DNA of 64,000 nucleotides from contig JAZSIR010000003.1 of the NCBI GenBank assembly GCA_045533905.1, forward strand, positions 1 to 64,000, written 5' to 3'. The first letter of the stretch is position 1. The number at the start of each line of letters is the position of its first letter. The notes below the pieces were generated by a model, which made no database searches, was not told where the DNA came from, and saw only the letters and a program-made list of their open reading frames with translations. Below are positions 36,185-45,986 of the stretch, in pieces. The translations under genes were made by a program, and so were the position numbers. Source of the DNA: Clostridia bacterium. GTDB taxonomy: Bacteria > Bacillota > Clostridia > UMGS1883 > UMGS1540.

Positions 36185-37132
36185 ATGAGTAAGATTACCA
36201 TCATCGGGGCCGGAAGCGTCGGCGCCACCATCGCGTACACCATTTCCGCAGAGAACTTGGCATCGGAAATTGTACTTATCGACATCAACAAAAAGAAAGC
36301 GGGCGGGGAAGTGCTCGACATTATGCAGGGCACAAGCTTCCGCGATTCTATTTCCATTTCCTCGGGCGATTATGAAGATGCCGTGGGGTCTGACATTGTA
36401 ATTATTACTTCGGGCATTGCAAGAAAACCGGGGCAGACCCGCATCGACCTTGCGCAGACGAATGTAAACATTATCAAAGAGATTGCACCGAAGATTGCGG
36501 CGGCCGCACCGAATGCCACGTATATTATCGTAAGCAATCCCGTAGATATTATCACATATGTATTTATGAAGAAATCGGGGCTTCCTGAAAACCAGATTCT
36601 GGGCTCCGGCACCATGCTCGACACTTCGCGTCTTCGTCATGCGCTTGCCGAGCATTTCGGTGTAGCGCAGAGAGGCGTGCATGCGTACGTATTCGGCGAA
36701 CACGGTGACACAGGCTTTGTACCGTGGACAAACGCGCGCATTTCCGTTACGGGTGTAGAGGAATACGCAGCACTTGCCCGTGCCTGCGGGGATGACATTC
36801 CGCCGCTCGATACGGCACAGATTGAAGACCGCGTCCGCAAATCCGGTGGCACGATTATTGAAGGTAAGGGTGCTACGTATTACGCAGTTGCGATGAGCGT
36901 ATGCCGCCTTTGCAGCGTTATCGGGGCAGAAAAGAGCTCCATCGCCACCGTGTCTACTATGATGCACGGCGAATATGACCTTGAGGATGTTTGCCTCAGC
37001 GTTCTTACCCGCGTAGGGCGCGGCAAGGTTATCGGTCGCCTGCCCATTCCGCTTTCAGACGAAGAGTATGAAAAGCTCCACAAGAGTGCAAACGCGCTGA
37101 AGAATGTAATCAGTCAGTTGGATCTTTCCTAA
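36185..37132 (+). CDS. mdh: LDH-like malate dehydrogenase
   Basis: GAGSVG, SNPVD, GTMLDTSR, GEHGD, KGATYY. The specificity loop GIARKPGQTR has Arg where true LDHs have Gln; operon with fumarase. Confidence 0.75.
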   Translation: MSKITIIGAGSVGATIAYTISAENLASEIVLIDINKKKAGGEVLDIMQGTSFRDSISISSGDYEDAVGSDIVIITSGIARKPGQTRIDLAQTNVNIIKEIAPKIAAAAPNATYIIVSNPVDIITYVFMKKSGLPENQILGSGTMLDTSRLRHALAEHFGVAQRGVHAYVFGEHGDTGFVPWTNARISVTGVEEYAALARACGDDIPPLDTAQIEDRVRKSGGTIIEGKGATYYAVAMSVCRLCSVIGAEKSSIATVSTMMHGEYDLEDVCLSVLTRVGRGKVIGRLPIPLSDEEYEKLHKSANALKNVISQLDLS

Positions 37133-37152
37133 AAAAGAGAGGGTGAAAAACG

Positions 37153-37941
37153 ATGAAATACAGCTACTATCCCGGTTGTACGCTGCGCACAAAGGCAAAA
37201 GACCTTGATGCATATGCAAGAAAATCGGCAGAGGCCTTAGGGTTTACTCTGGAAGAAATTGAAGATTGGCAGTGCTGTGGCGGCGTGTATCCTTTGGGCA
37301 CAGATGAAATCGCCTCGAAGCTTTCATCTGTACGCGCACTCGCGGCCGCGCGCGATAAAAATGAGCCGATTGTTACGCTTTGTTCCGCTTGCCATCATGT
37401 GCTCGTGCGCGTGAATGACGATATGAAGAACGTGCCGAAAATCCGTGACGCGGCAAACCGCTACATGGGGCTTGACGTACCGTACACAGGTGAAACCGAA
37501 GTGCTCCATTTTCTCGAAGTGCTTCGCGATAAGATTGGGTTTGACGAACTTTCCAAAAAGGTCGTAAATCCCCTAAAGGATAAGAAAATCGGCGCCTACT
37601 ATGGTTGCCTTCTCCTTCGTCCCGGTCAGGTTTTGCAGTTTGACGATCCCGAAAACCCCACGATTATTGAAGATTTTATTCGCGCTATCGGCGCTACGCC
37701 TGTTTCTTACAGCATGCGCAACGAATGTTGCGGCGGCTATGCTTCTTTACGAGATGGCGAACGCGCAAAGGATATGTGCGAAACGATTATGGAAAATGCA
37801 GAAGGGTTTGGCGCCGAAATGCTCATTACCGCCTGCCCGCTTTGCATGTACAACTTAAATAAATCGGAGCGCCTTCCGGTATACTACTTTACCGAACTTC
37901 TCGCCGAGGCGCTCGGCGTAAAGGAGGCGGCGCTTTCATGA
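37153..37941 (+). CDS. hdrB: Heterodisulfide reductase subunit B-like (two CCG domains)
   Basis: YYPGC...CCG...CSAC and YYGC...CCG...CPLC. Confidence 0.9.
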   Translation: MKYSYYPGCTLRTKAKDLDAYARKSAEALGFTLEEIEDWQCCGGVYPLGTDEIASKLSSVRALAAARDKNEPIVTLCSACHHVLVRVNDDMKNVPKIRDAANRYMGLDVPYTGETEVLHFLEVLRDKIGFDELSKKVVNPLKDKKIGAYYGCLLLRPGQVLQFDDPENPTIIEDFIRAIGATPVSYSMRNECCGGYASLRDGERAKDMCETIMENAEGFGAEMLITACPLCMYNLNKSERLPVYYFTELLAEALGVKEAALS

Positions 37942-38327
37942 ACAAGACGGAAAAACAGGTAGAAAGAATTCGTGAAATCAGCGGCGTAAATCCGTATAAG
38001 TGCATGAAGTGCGGCAAGTGCTCCGCCACATGCCCCTCTTACGATGCCATGGATATAAAGCCGCATCAGTTTGTTTCGTACGTGCTTCGCGGTGACGTGG
38101 AGGCGCTGGCGAAATCCAAATCGCTGTATGCTTGCCTTGCCTGCTTTGCCTGCGTGGAGCGCTGCCCGCGAAACGTAGAGCCGGCAAAGCTTATCGATGC
38201 CGCACGCCAGATGGTGGTGCGCACGAGGGGCGAAGAAGGCCTCTCGCCTGACGAAATTCCCGCACTTTTAGACGAAAAGACACCACAGCAGCTACTTGTG
38301 AGTGCCTTCAGAAGATACAGGAGGTGA
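37938..38327 (+). CDS. hdrC: Heterodisulfide reductase subunit C-like (2x4Fe-4S)
   Basis: CMKCGKCSATCP and CLACFACVERCPR. Confidence 0.9.
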   Translation: MNKTEKQVERIREISGVNPYKCMKCGKCSATCPSYDAMDIKPHQFVSYVLRGDVEALAKSKSLYACLACFACVERCPRNVEPAKLIDAARQMVVRTRGEEGLSPDEIPALLDEKTPQQLLVSAFRRYRR

Positions 38328-38333
38328 GGAAAG

Positions 38334-40322
38334 GTGCAGAGAGTTGGCGTATTTGTTTGCCATTGTGGCAGTAACATCGCTGCAACGGTAGACGTTAAAC
38401 GTGTAGTAGAAGAAGTAAAGAAAGAACAGGGCGTTGTGCATGCGGAGGATTATCCGTACATGTGCTCGGAAGCAGGGCAGGCCATCATTGCCGCCGCGAT
38501 CCGTGAAAAGAAATTAAGCGGTATCGTCGTATGCTCCTGCTCGCCGCGTATGCATGAAGCTACCTTCAGAAAAGCGGCAGAGCGTGCAGGGCTGAACCCC
38601 TACATGGTCGAAATCGCAAATATCCGCGAGCACTGCTCCTGGATTCATAAGGATATGGAAGAGGCAACGGAGAAGGCAGTGATTCTTGCCCGTGCCGCGA
38701 TTGCCAAGGTGCATTTGAATTCCCATCTTACCCCGGGCGAGAGCCTCGTAACAAAGCGTGCCCTCGTAATCGGCGGCGGTATTGCCGGTATTCAGACGGC
38801 AATCGATATTGCCGAAGCCGGCTACAAGGTGGATATCGTGGAAAAGACGCCTTCCATCGGCGGCAAAATGAGTCAGCTTGACAAAACGTTCCCCACGCTC
38901 GACTGCTCCGCCTGTATTCTTACCCCGAAAATGGTGGAAGCTGCGGCGCATCCCAATATCACGATTTACACCTATAGCGAAGTGGAAAAGGTTTCGGGCT
39001 TTGTGGGTGACTTTACGGTCGATATCCGCAAAAAAGCCAGAAGCGTAGATATCAATAAATGTACAGGCTGCGGTCTTTGTCAGGAAAAATGCCCTTCTAA
39101 AAAGGCAAAGAGCGAATTTAACCAAGGTCTTTCCACAAGAAGCGCAATTTACACGCCGTTTGCACAGGCAATTCCGAATGTGCCGGTTATCGATCGCGAA
39201 AGCTGCGTGAAGTTTAAAACCGGCAAGTGCGGTCTTTGCGAAAAGATTTGTCAGGCCGGCGCGATTGACTATACACAAAAGGATGAAATTTTCTCTGAAA
39301 AGTACGGCGCAATTGTAGTTGCCACAGGCTTTGACACAATTAAGCTTGATAACTACGGCGAATATGCTTATAATGAAAGCCCCGATGTTATCACCTCACT
39401 CGAACTCGAGCGCATCATGAATGCGGCAGGCCCCACAAAGGGACATCTCGAACGCCTTTCGGACGGCAAGCACCCCCACGAAATCGTATTTATTCAGTGC
39501 GTAGGCAGCCGCTGTGATGACCATAGAGGGAAGCCCTACTGCTCTAAAATCTGCTGTATGTACACAGCAAAGCACGCCATGCTCATCCGCGATAAGTATC
39601 CGGATGTAAATGTAACGGTATTTTATATCGACGTGCGTACCCCCGGCAAAAACTTCGATGAGTTTTACCGCCGCGCCGTGGAGGAATACGGTGTAAATTA
39701 TATCAAGGGTCAGGTCGGCAAGGTTGTTCCCCAGCCGGACGGCAGCCTTTTAGTGCAAGGCTCCGACCTTCTCGATAACCGCCAGATTAAAATGCGCGCG
39801 GATATGGTTGTGCTTGCAACGGCAATTGAACCGAACGCTTCGGTTCGTAAGATTGCCACACAGCTTACCGCAAGCATCGATACGAATAACTTCTTAACGG
39901 AAGCCCACCCGAAGCTTCGCCCCGTAGAATCGCCGACAGCCGGCGTATTCCTCTCCGGCGTATGTCAGGGTCCGAAGGACATTCCGGAAACCGTTTCGCA
40001 GGCAGGTGCCGCGGCGGTTAAGGTTATCGGTTTACTTGCAAAAGATAAGCTTCTCACAAACCCCTGCACCGCAAAGTCGGATATTCTCCTTTGTAACGGT
40101 TGCTCGGTTTGCCAAAATGTTTGCCCCTACGGTGCAATCAGCTATGAAGATAAGGAAGTCAATGACCACGGCATCCGTGAAACGAGACGTGTTGCGGTTG
40201 TAAACGGTGCGCTCTGCCAGGGCTGTGGCGCCTGTACCGTAGCTTGTCCGTCGGGTGCGATGGATCTTCAGGGCTTCTCAAACAGACAAATTCTTGCGGA
40301 GGTGGATGCGATATGTCGGTAG
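38334..40322 (+). CDS. hdrA: Heterodisulfide reductase subunit A (electron-bifurcating flavoprotein)
   Basis: VGVFVCHCGSNIA, CSCSPRMHE, NIREHCSW, GGGIAG, LDKTFPTLDCSAC, IQCVGSR, CSKICCMY, HPKLRPVE, GPKDI, plus internal and C-terminal ferredoxin motifs. Confidence 0.96.
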   Translation: MQRVGVFVCHCGSNIAATVDVKRVVEEVKKEQGVVHAEDYPYMCSEAGQAIIAAAIREKKLSGIVVCSCSPRMHEATFRKAAERAGLNPYMVEIANIREHCSWIHKDMEEATEKAVILARAAIAKVHLNSHLTPGESLVTKRALVIGGGIAGIQTAIDIAEAGYKVDIVEKTPSIGGKMSQLDKTFPTLDCSACILTPKMVEAAAHPNITIYTYSEVEKVSGFVGDFTVDIRKKARSVDINKCTGCGLCQEKCPSKKAKSEFNQGLSTRSAIYTPFAQAIPNVPVIDRESCVKFKTGKCGLCEKICQAGAIDYTQKDEIFSEKYGAIVVATGFDTIKLDNYGEYAYNESPDVITSLELERIMNAAGPTKGHLERLSDGKHPHEIVFIQCVGSRCDDHRGKPYCSKICCMYTAKHAMLIRDKYPDVNVTVFYIDVRTPGKNFDEFYRRAVEEYGVNYIKGQVGKVVPQPDGSLLVQGSDLLDNRQIKMRADMVVLATAIEPNASVRKIATQLTASIDTNNFLTEAHPKLRPVESPTAGVFLSGVCQGPKDIPETVSQAGAAAVKVIGLLAKDKLLTNPCTAKSDILLCNGCSVCQNVCPYGAISYEDKEVNDHGIRETRRVAVVNGALCQGCGACTVACPSGAMDLQGFSNRQILAEVDAICR

Positions 40323-40750
40323 AAAAAGAATTTAGACCTAAAATCGTTGCATTCTGCTGTAACTGGTGCAGCTATGCAGGCGCAGACCTTGCCGGCAGCA
40401 GCCGCCTTGCCTACCCTGCAGATGTAAAAATCATTCGTGTGCCCTGCTCGTGCAGAGTCAACCCCATGTTCATTTTGCGCGCATTCGAAAAAGGGGCCGA
40501 CGGTGTAATCCTTTGCGGTTGCCACCCGGGCGACTGCCACTATTCCACCGGTAACTATTACGCCAGAAGAAGAATGACGCTTCTCTTCTCTCTTCTCGAC
40601 TATCTCGGCGTAGAAGAAGGCCGCACCCGTGTAGAATGGGTTTCTGCGGCAGAGGGCGTGAAGTTCTCTGAGACGATGAACGAATTTGTAGAAAAAATCC
40701 GTTCCCTCGGCGAAAATGTAAGATTGGGGGATTTACGATGCAAAAATTAG
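40313..40750 (+). CDS. flxD: MvhD/FlxD-like 2Fe-2S subunit
   Basis: KIVAFCCNWCSYAGADLAG, RVPCSCRV, GCHPGDCHY, WVSAAEG; ATG 40313 after GGAGGTG. Confidence 0.92.
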   Translation: MSVEKEFRPKIVAFCCNWCSYAGADLAGSSRLAYPADVKIIRVPCSCRVNPMFILRAFEKGADGVILCGCHPGDCHYSTGNYYARRRMTLLFSLLDYLGVEEGRTRVEWVSAAEGVKFSETMNEFVEKIRSLGENVRLGDLRCKN

Positions 40751-41712
40751 TAAGCCGCGCAAAAGCGCTTCTTTCGGACGGCACCGTCGCGCGCGTACTC
40801 GGCTGGAAAAATGGCGACCTTGGCACAAACCCCGAACCCGCCTTCTTTGAAAGCGAAGATGCGCTGAGAGATTTTGTATACGATGCCTTTTGCGGCGCAA
40901 ATTTATCGAAATATTTAATTGAAGCTTCCAAAAAGGAAGGAAAAACGCTTGTGTTCTTAAAGCCGTGCGACACGTATAGCGCAAACCAGCTTTTAAAGGA
41001 ACACAGAGTCTCGCGCGATAAGATTTATGTTATCGGCGTAGGCTGCAATGGTAAAATCAGCGCGGAAAAAATCCGTGAAAAAGGCATTCGCGGCATCGAA
41101 AAGGTAGAAGGCACAGATGCTTTTGCACCTTTGGAAACTTTAAAGGTGCAAACGATTTACGGCGAATGCGAGGTAGCATATAACGATGTGATGCTCGAGC
41201 GTTGCCACGTATGTAAAGGCAAAGAGCATAAGATTTATGATGAAATTATCGGCGAAAGCCGCGACACCTGTGACCGCGACCGCATGGAGCGCGTACGCGA
41301 GATTGAAAAAATGTCGCCGGCAGAAAAATTCGCCTTTTTCCAGAGCGAGCTTTCCCGCTGCATCCGCTGCAATGCTTGCCGCAACGTATGCCCTGCCTGC
41401 AGCTGCAGAAAGTGCGTGTTTGACAGCACAAAGTTTGATAGCGCACAGAAAGCAAACGCGGATTCCTTCGAAGAAAAAATGTTCCACGTTATCCGCGCAT
41501 TCCACGTGGCGGGCCGTTGTACCGACTGCGGCGAGTGCAGCCGCGTTTGTCCCCAAAACATTCCGCTTCACCTTTTTAACCGTAAGCTCATCGGGGATAT
41601 AAACGAGTTTTACGGCGAATATCAGGCGGGCGAGGATGCAGAAACCGTAGGTCCGCTTACCGCCTTCACCGAGGGCGACATGGAACCTTCGGAAGCCAGA
41701 GAAAGGAGATAG
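40738..41712 (+). CDS. flxC: FlxC-like 4Fe-4S protein
   Basis: KPCD, CIRCNACRNVCPACSC, HVAGRCTDCGECSRVCP; position in the hdr-flx order. Confidence 0.8.
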   Translation: MQKLVSRAKALLSDGTVARVLGWKNGDLGTNPEPAFFESEDALRDFVYDAFCGANLSKYLIEASKKEGKTLVFLKPCDTYSANQLLKEHRVSRDKIYVIGVGCNGKISAEKIREKGIRGIEKVEGTDAFAPLETLKVQTIYGECEVAYNDVMLERCHVCKGKEHKIYDEIIGESRDTCDRDRMERVREIEKMSPAEKFAFFQSELSRCIRCNACRNVCPACSCRKCVFDSTKFDSAQKANADSFEEKMFHVIRAFHVAGRCTDCGECSRVCPQNIPLHLFNRKLIGDINEFYGEYQAGEDAETVGPLTAFTEGDMEPSEARERR

Positions 41713-41716
41713 CCGC

Positions 41717-42745
41717 ATGAAAAAGATTGAAAAAGCAAAGCTTTCCGCGCTTTTCGCCGCTATTTCCGAGGAAGCAAGCTTGATTCTCCCTGTAAAGGAA
41801 GGCAGCGAAACAAACTTCGGTCTCTGGAGCGCGGAAGCAGAAGTAGATCTCGACACACTCAAAACCGTAAAATCGGCAAAAGACGCCTTCTTCCCGCAGT
41901 GCGAAACGCTCTACACCTGCCACAAGGAAGACGGGCACCTTCGCATCACGCCGGGCGAGAGAATGGACGAAGATTTTGTTCTCTTCGGCGTGCGCGCCTG
42001 CGATGCCCGCGGCTTTGAAGTGCTCGACCGTGTATTTCTCACGGACCCCGTAGACTCCTTCTATAAAGCCAGAAGAGAGCACGGCACCGTGGTCTCGATG
42101 GCGTGCACAAGACCGGAAGAAACATGTTTTTGTACGACTTTTGGGATTGACAGCGCCGAAGGGGGCGCCGATGTCGATACGATTTTTGTAGGCGATGCGC
42201 TCTACTGGAAAGCAAACACCGAAAAGGGCGAAGCGCTCACCTCTCGTCTTTCCGCACTTTTTGAGGATGCAGACGAAGCCGCGGCCGAAGGCACAAAAGA
42301 AGAAATTCGCGCCATTATGAAGAAGCTCCCGTATGCCGACCTTACAACGGAAGGCTGGGGCGGCGCGGAAGAAAAAGAAAAGTTCGATTCTCCCCTTTGG
42401 GAAGAACTCTATAAGCCGTGCCTTGCGTGCGGTACCTGCACCTTTGTGTGCCCGACCTGCCAGTGCTATGATATTAAGGACTATACAACCGGAAACGGCG
42501 TACAGCGCTATCGCTGCTGGGATTCCTGCATGTATTCCGACTTTACCATGATGGCACACGGCAATAACCGTACAAGCCAGATGCAGCGCTTCCGTCAGCG
42601 CTTTATGCACAAACTCATGTATTATCCGAAGAATAATGACGGTCTCTTCTCCTGCGTAGGCTGCGGCCGATGCGTAGAGAAGTGTCCGCAGGGTCTTAAT
42701 ATCGCAAAAGTTATGCGCGCGTTTTCGCAGAAGGAGGGTAAGTAA
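41717..42745 (+). CDS. flxB: FlxB/AsrA-like 4Fe-4S protein
   Basis: SAKDAFFP, GVRACD, CFCT, CLACGTCTFVCPTCQC, WDSC, RFRQRFMHK, CVGCGRCVEKCP. Confidence 0.85.
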   Translation: MKKIEKAKLSALFAAISEEASLILPVKEGSETNFGLWSAEAEVDLDTLKTVKSAKDAFFPQCETLYTCHKEDGHLRITPGERMDEDFVLFGVRACDARGFEVLDRVFLTDPVDSFYKARREHGTVVSMACTRPEETCFCTTFGIDSAEGGADVDTIFVGDALYWKANTEKGEALTSRLSALFEDADEAAAEGTKEEIRAIMKKLPYADLTTEGWGGAEEKEKFDSPLWEELYKPCLACGTCTFVCPTCQCYDIKDYTTGNGVQRYRCWDSCMYSDFTMMAHGNNRTSQMQRFRQRFMHKLMYYPKNNDGLFSCVGCGRCVEKCPQGLNIAKVMRAFSQKEGK

Positions 42746-42747
42746 AA

Positions 42748-43602
42748 ATGTGTGAATGCAATTGCCATGAAAACTATACGGAAGACACGCTTATCCCGAA
42801 GGTAGGTATTATTACGGATATCCGCACGGAAACGCCGGATGTAAAAACCTTCCGCGTCAATGCCCCCGAGGGCGGCAAGCTTTTTGAGCATATGCCGGGG
42901 CAGTGCGCCATGCTTTGTGCACCGGGCGTTTCGGAAGCGATGTTTTCGATTACTTCTTCGCCCACAAATCGTGAATTTCAAGAATTCAGCATTAAAAAGT
43001 GCGGCGAGCTTACCGATTATCTCCATAGCCTTACGGTGGGCGACGAAATTACCGTACGCGGACCGTACGGTAACCATTTCCCCGTAGAAACAGAGCTCCG
43101 CGGGAAAAACCTTCTGTTTATTGCCGGCGGTATCGGTCTTGCGCCGCTCCGCTCCGTTATAAATTACGTACTCGATAACCGCGAAAATTACGGCACAGTC
43201 GATATTTTATACGGTTCCCGTTCGTCGGCAGACCTTGTACAGCTGAAAGAAATTCAGGAAGTCTGGGCGAAGACTGCGGGCGTTAACGTATATCTCACAA
43301 TCGACCGCGAGGAGGAAGGCTGGGACGGCCACGTAGGCTTCGTACCGGCATACCTGAAGGAAATCGGTTTTTCCACGGATAAGACGGCACTACTTTGCGG
43401 TCCCCCCATTATGATTAAGTTCGTACTTGCGGCACTTATGGAAATGGGCTTTTCCAAAGAGCAGGTATATACCACACTCGAGCTTCGTATGAAGTGCGGC
43501 GTCGGCAAGTGCGGCCGATGCAATATCGGTACCCAATACGTCTGCATAGACGGTCCGGTATTCCGCTGCGACGAAATCGACGAAATGCCAAACGAGTATT
43601 AA
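42748..43602 (+). CDS. flxA: FlxA/AsrB-like NAD(P)H-binding FAD/2Fe-2S oxidoreductase
   Basis: PGQ, FSITS, VRGPYGN, IAGGIGLAPLRS, CGPPIM, MKCGVGKCGRCNIG...C.DGPVF. Confidence 0.9.
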   Translation: MCECNCHENYTEDTLIPKVGIITDIRTETPDVKTFRVNAPEGGKLFEHMPGQCAMLCAPGVSEAMFSITSSPTNREFQEFSIKKCGELTDYLHSLTVGDEITVRGPYGNHFPVETELRGKNLLFIAGGIGLAPLRSVINYVLDNRENYGTVDILYGSRSSADLVQLKEIQEVWAKTAGVNVYLTIDREEEGWDGHVGFVPAYLKEIGFSTDKTALLCGPPIMIKFVLAALMEMGFSKEQVYTTLELRMKCGVGKCGRCNIGTQYVCIDGPVFRCDEIDEMPNEY

Positions 43603-43620
43603 GAGAGGAGCGAAAAAGAG

Positions 43621-44295
43621 ATGGAAAAAATGGTTAACGTATACTTTTTCGGTAAAAAATACAGTGTACCGGCAGACCTTACGATTATGACGGCTATGGA
43701 ATATGCCGGCTATACCCTCAAAAGAGGTTGCGGTTGCCGTCACGGTTTCTGCGGCGCCTGCGCCACAATTTACCGCATTAAGGGTAAAAATGAACTGAAA
43801 ACCTGTCTGGCCTGCCAGACGCAGGTGGAAGAGGGCATGTACATTGCAAGCATCCCGTTCTTCCCGACAGATAAGAGAACGTACGATATAGGGGAAGTAC
43901 GTCCCGACCAGCGCGTGATGATGGAGCTGTACCCCGAAATTTACAGCTGTATCGGCTGTAACGCCTGTACAAAGGCCTGTACACAGAGCCTCTCCGTTAT
44001 GCAGTACATTGCATACGCCCAGCGCGGCGAATTCGAAAAGTGCGCAGAAGAATCGTTTGACTGCGTAGGCTGCGGCTGCTGCAGCGTTCGCTGCCCCGCA
44101 GGCATCTCCCACCCGATGGTAGGTCTTCTTTCGCGCCGTCTTGTGGGCAAATACATCGCCCCCCGCGCAGAGCATCTTAAAAACCGCGTAGACGAAATCA
44201 ACCACGGTGAGCACGATGCCCTTATCGAGCAGATCATACAAAAACCGATCGCGGAAATGCAGGAACTGTATAACACCAGAGACATTGAGAAGTAG
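43621..44295 (+). CDS. frdB: Fumarate reductase iron-sulfur subunit (2Fe-2S plus 2x4Fe-4S)
   Basis: GCRHGFCGAC...CLAC, CIGCNACTKAC, CVGCGCCSVRCP. Confidence 0.8.
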   Translation: MEKMVNVYFFGKKYSVPADLTIMTAMEYAGYTLKRGCGCRHGFCGACATIYRIKGKNELKTCLACQTQVEEGMYIASIPFFPTDKRTYDIGEVRPDQRVMMELYPEIYSCIGCNACTKACTQSLSVMQYIAYAQRGEFEKCAEESFDCVGCGCCSVRCPAGISHPMVGLLSRRLVGKYIAPRAEHLKNRVDEINHGEHDALIEQIIQKPIAEMQELYNTRDIEK

Positions 44296-44309
44296 GAGGG
44301 AGAAAGGTT

Positions 44310-45908
44310 ATGTTTACAGCTGAAATGCTCGAATCTATCAAAAAGGTAGAAGCCACAAGAGCGGAGCGTATGAAAACCGAGCCGAGAAGAATGACGGCTG
44401 AGGAAAAAGACGAGCTCCTGCGCGCCTATCACCCGGACTACCGTGCAGACGGGTTTGATGAAATTTTAGTCGGCCCGAATAGAGGCGAAAAGGCTCCGAA
44501 GGAACTCGCAGGCCTTCTCCATTCCAACAGCCGCATCCTTGGAGTAGATATTGATTTAAACAAAGTCGATTATGACGTAGACGTTCTCGTTATCGGCGGC
44601 GGCGGCGCAGGCTCTTCTGCGGCGATTGAAGCCCATGAAGCGGGTGCCAATGTTATGATCGTTACAAAGCTTCGCATCGGCGATGCAAACACTATGATGG
44701 CAGAAGGCGGCATTCAGGCGGCCGATAAGGAAAATGACTCTCCCGCACAGCATTATCTCGATGCTTTCGGCGGCGGTCACTTTGCGGCCCGTCCCGAACT
44801 TCTTCGCCGTCTCGTTATGGAAGCACCTGATGCAATCCGCTGGCTGAATGACCTTGGCGTTATGTTCGATAAGGACAAAGACGGCCGCATGGTCACCACC
44901 CACGGCGGTGGTACTTCGAGAAAGAGAATGCGCGCCTGCAAGGACTATTCCGGTGCAGAAATCATGCGCACCCTTCGCGACGAAGTTATTAACCGCGGCA
45001 TTCCGGTAGTGGAATTCACTTCCGCAGTAGAACTTATCAAAGACGATAAGGGGCAGGTAGCCGGTGCTGTTCTTATGAATATGGAAACGGAGGATTACCT
45101 CGTAGCACGCGCCAAAACCGTTGTTATTGCAACGGGTGGTGCAGGCCGTCTCCATTACCAGAACTTCCCCACCTCAAACCACTACGGCGCCACAGCTGAC
45201 GGTCTCGTCCTCGGCTACCGCGCAGGCGCACCGCTTCTTTATCAGGATACTATTCAGTACCACCCGACAGGCGTTGCCTATCCGTCCCAGATTTTCGGCG
45301 CTCTCGTTACCGAAAAGGTACGTTCCCTTGGCGCAATGCTTGTAAACCGTGACGGTGAAGCCTATGCCCATCCGCTCGAAACGCGTGACGTTTCCGCATC
45401 CGCCATTATCCGCGAATGTGCCAATGGAAAAGGCGTAGAAACACCTTTGGGCAGCGGCGTTTGGCTCGATACCCCGATGATTGAAATCCTCGGCGGCGAA
45501 GGTACAATCGAAAAGCGTATTCCGGCAATGATGCGTATGTACTTAAACTACGGCATCGATATGCGCAAAGTGCCGATTCTCGTTTACCCCACGCTGCATT
45601 ACCAAAACGGCGGTCTTGAAATCGGCGGCGAAGGCTACACGAAAGCCATCCCGAACCTTCTCGTAGCCGGCGAAGCCGTAGGCGGCATCCACGGCAGAAA
45701 CCGCCTCATGGGTAACTCTCTCCTCGACATTATTGTATTCGGCAGAAACGCCGGTAAGGCGGCCGCAAAACGTGCAGGGGAAGTTACACTTGGCGAGATG
45801 AATCTTGACCATGTAAATGCATACGCAGAAGAACTTTCGAAGAAAGGCCTCGGCGGCGAAGCTGTTTCTCCGCTCCTTCTGCCGAAGTATGCACGGCACG
45901 AAAGATAA
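44310..45908 (+). CDS. frdA: Soluble fumarate reductase flavoprotein (FrdA/SdhA/TfrA family)
   Basis: GGGGAG, AEGGIQA, ATGG, TADG, QYHPTG, TEKVR, TRD, HYQNGG, AGE, HGRNRLMGNSL. Confidence 0.85.
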   Translation: MFTAEMLESIKKVEATRAERMKTEPRRMTAEEKDELLRAYHPDYRADGFDEILVGPNRGEKAPKELAGLLHSNSRILGVDIDLNKVDYDVDVLVIGGGGAGSSAAIEAHEAGANVMIVTKLRIGDANTMMAEGGIQAADKENDSPAQHYLDAFGGGHFAARPELLRRLVMEAPDAIRWLNDLGVMFDKDKDGRMVTTHGGGTSRKRMRACKDYSGAEIMRTLRDEVINRGIPVVEFTSAVELIKDDKGQVAGAVLMNMETEDYLVARAKTVVIATGGAGRLHYQNFPTSNHYGATADGLVLGYRAGAPLLYQDTIQYHPTGVAYPSQIFGALVTEKVRSLGAMLVNRDGEAYAHPLETRDVSASAIIRECANGKGVETPLGSGVWLDTPMIEILGGEGTIEKRIPAMMRMYLNYGIDMRKVPILVYPTLHYQNGGLEIGGEGYTKAIPNLLVAGEAVGGIHGRNRLMGNSLLDIIVFGRNAGKAAAKRAGEVTLGEMNLDHVNAYAEELSKKGLGGEAVSPLLLPKYARHER

Positions 45909-45986
45909 ATAAAAAAGTAAGACGGGCGAAACTGTAAAAAACGGTTTCGCCCACAAGTCTGTAATCTTGGAAAGGTAGGAAGGAAA

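Noticed and set aside
38334-40750. Selenocysteine recoding in hdrA or mvhD
   Set aside because: Both frames are open with Cys at the expected sites; no in-frame TGA.
37153-43602. Methanogenesis, sulfate or sulfite reduction, or hydrogenase interpretation of the hdr/mvhD/asr-like genes
   Set aside because: No mcr, dsr, asrC or hydrogenase catalytic subunit; the context is fumarate metabolism in a Firmicute.
44310-45908. L-aspartate oxidase (nadB) call
   Set aside because: Paired with an Fe-S subunit and fumarase, no nadA or nadC adjacent; not formally excluded without a tree.
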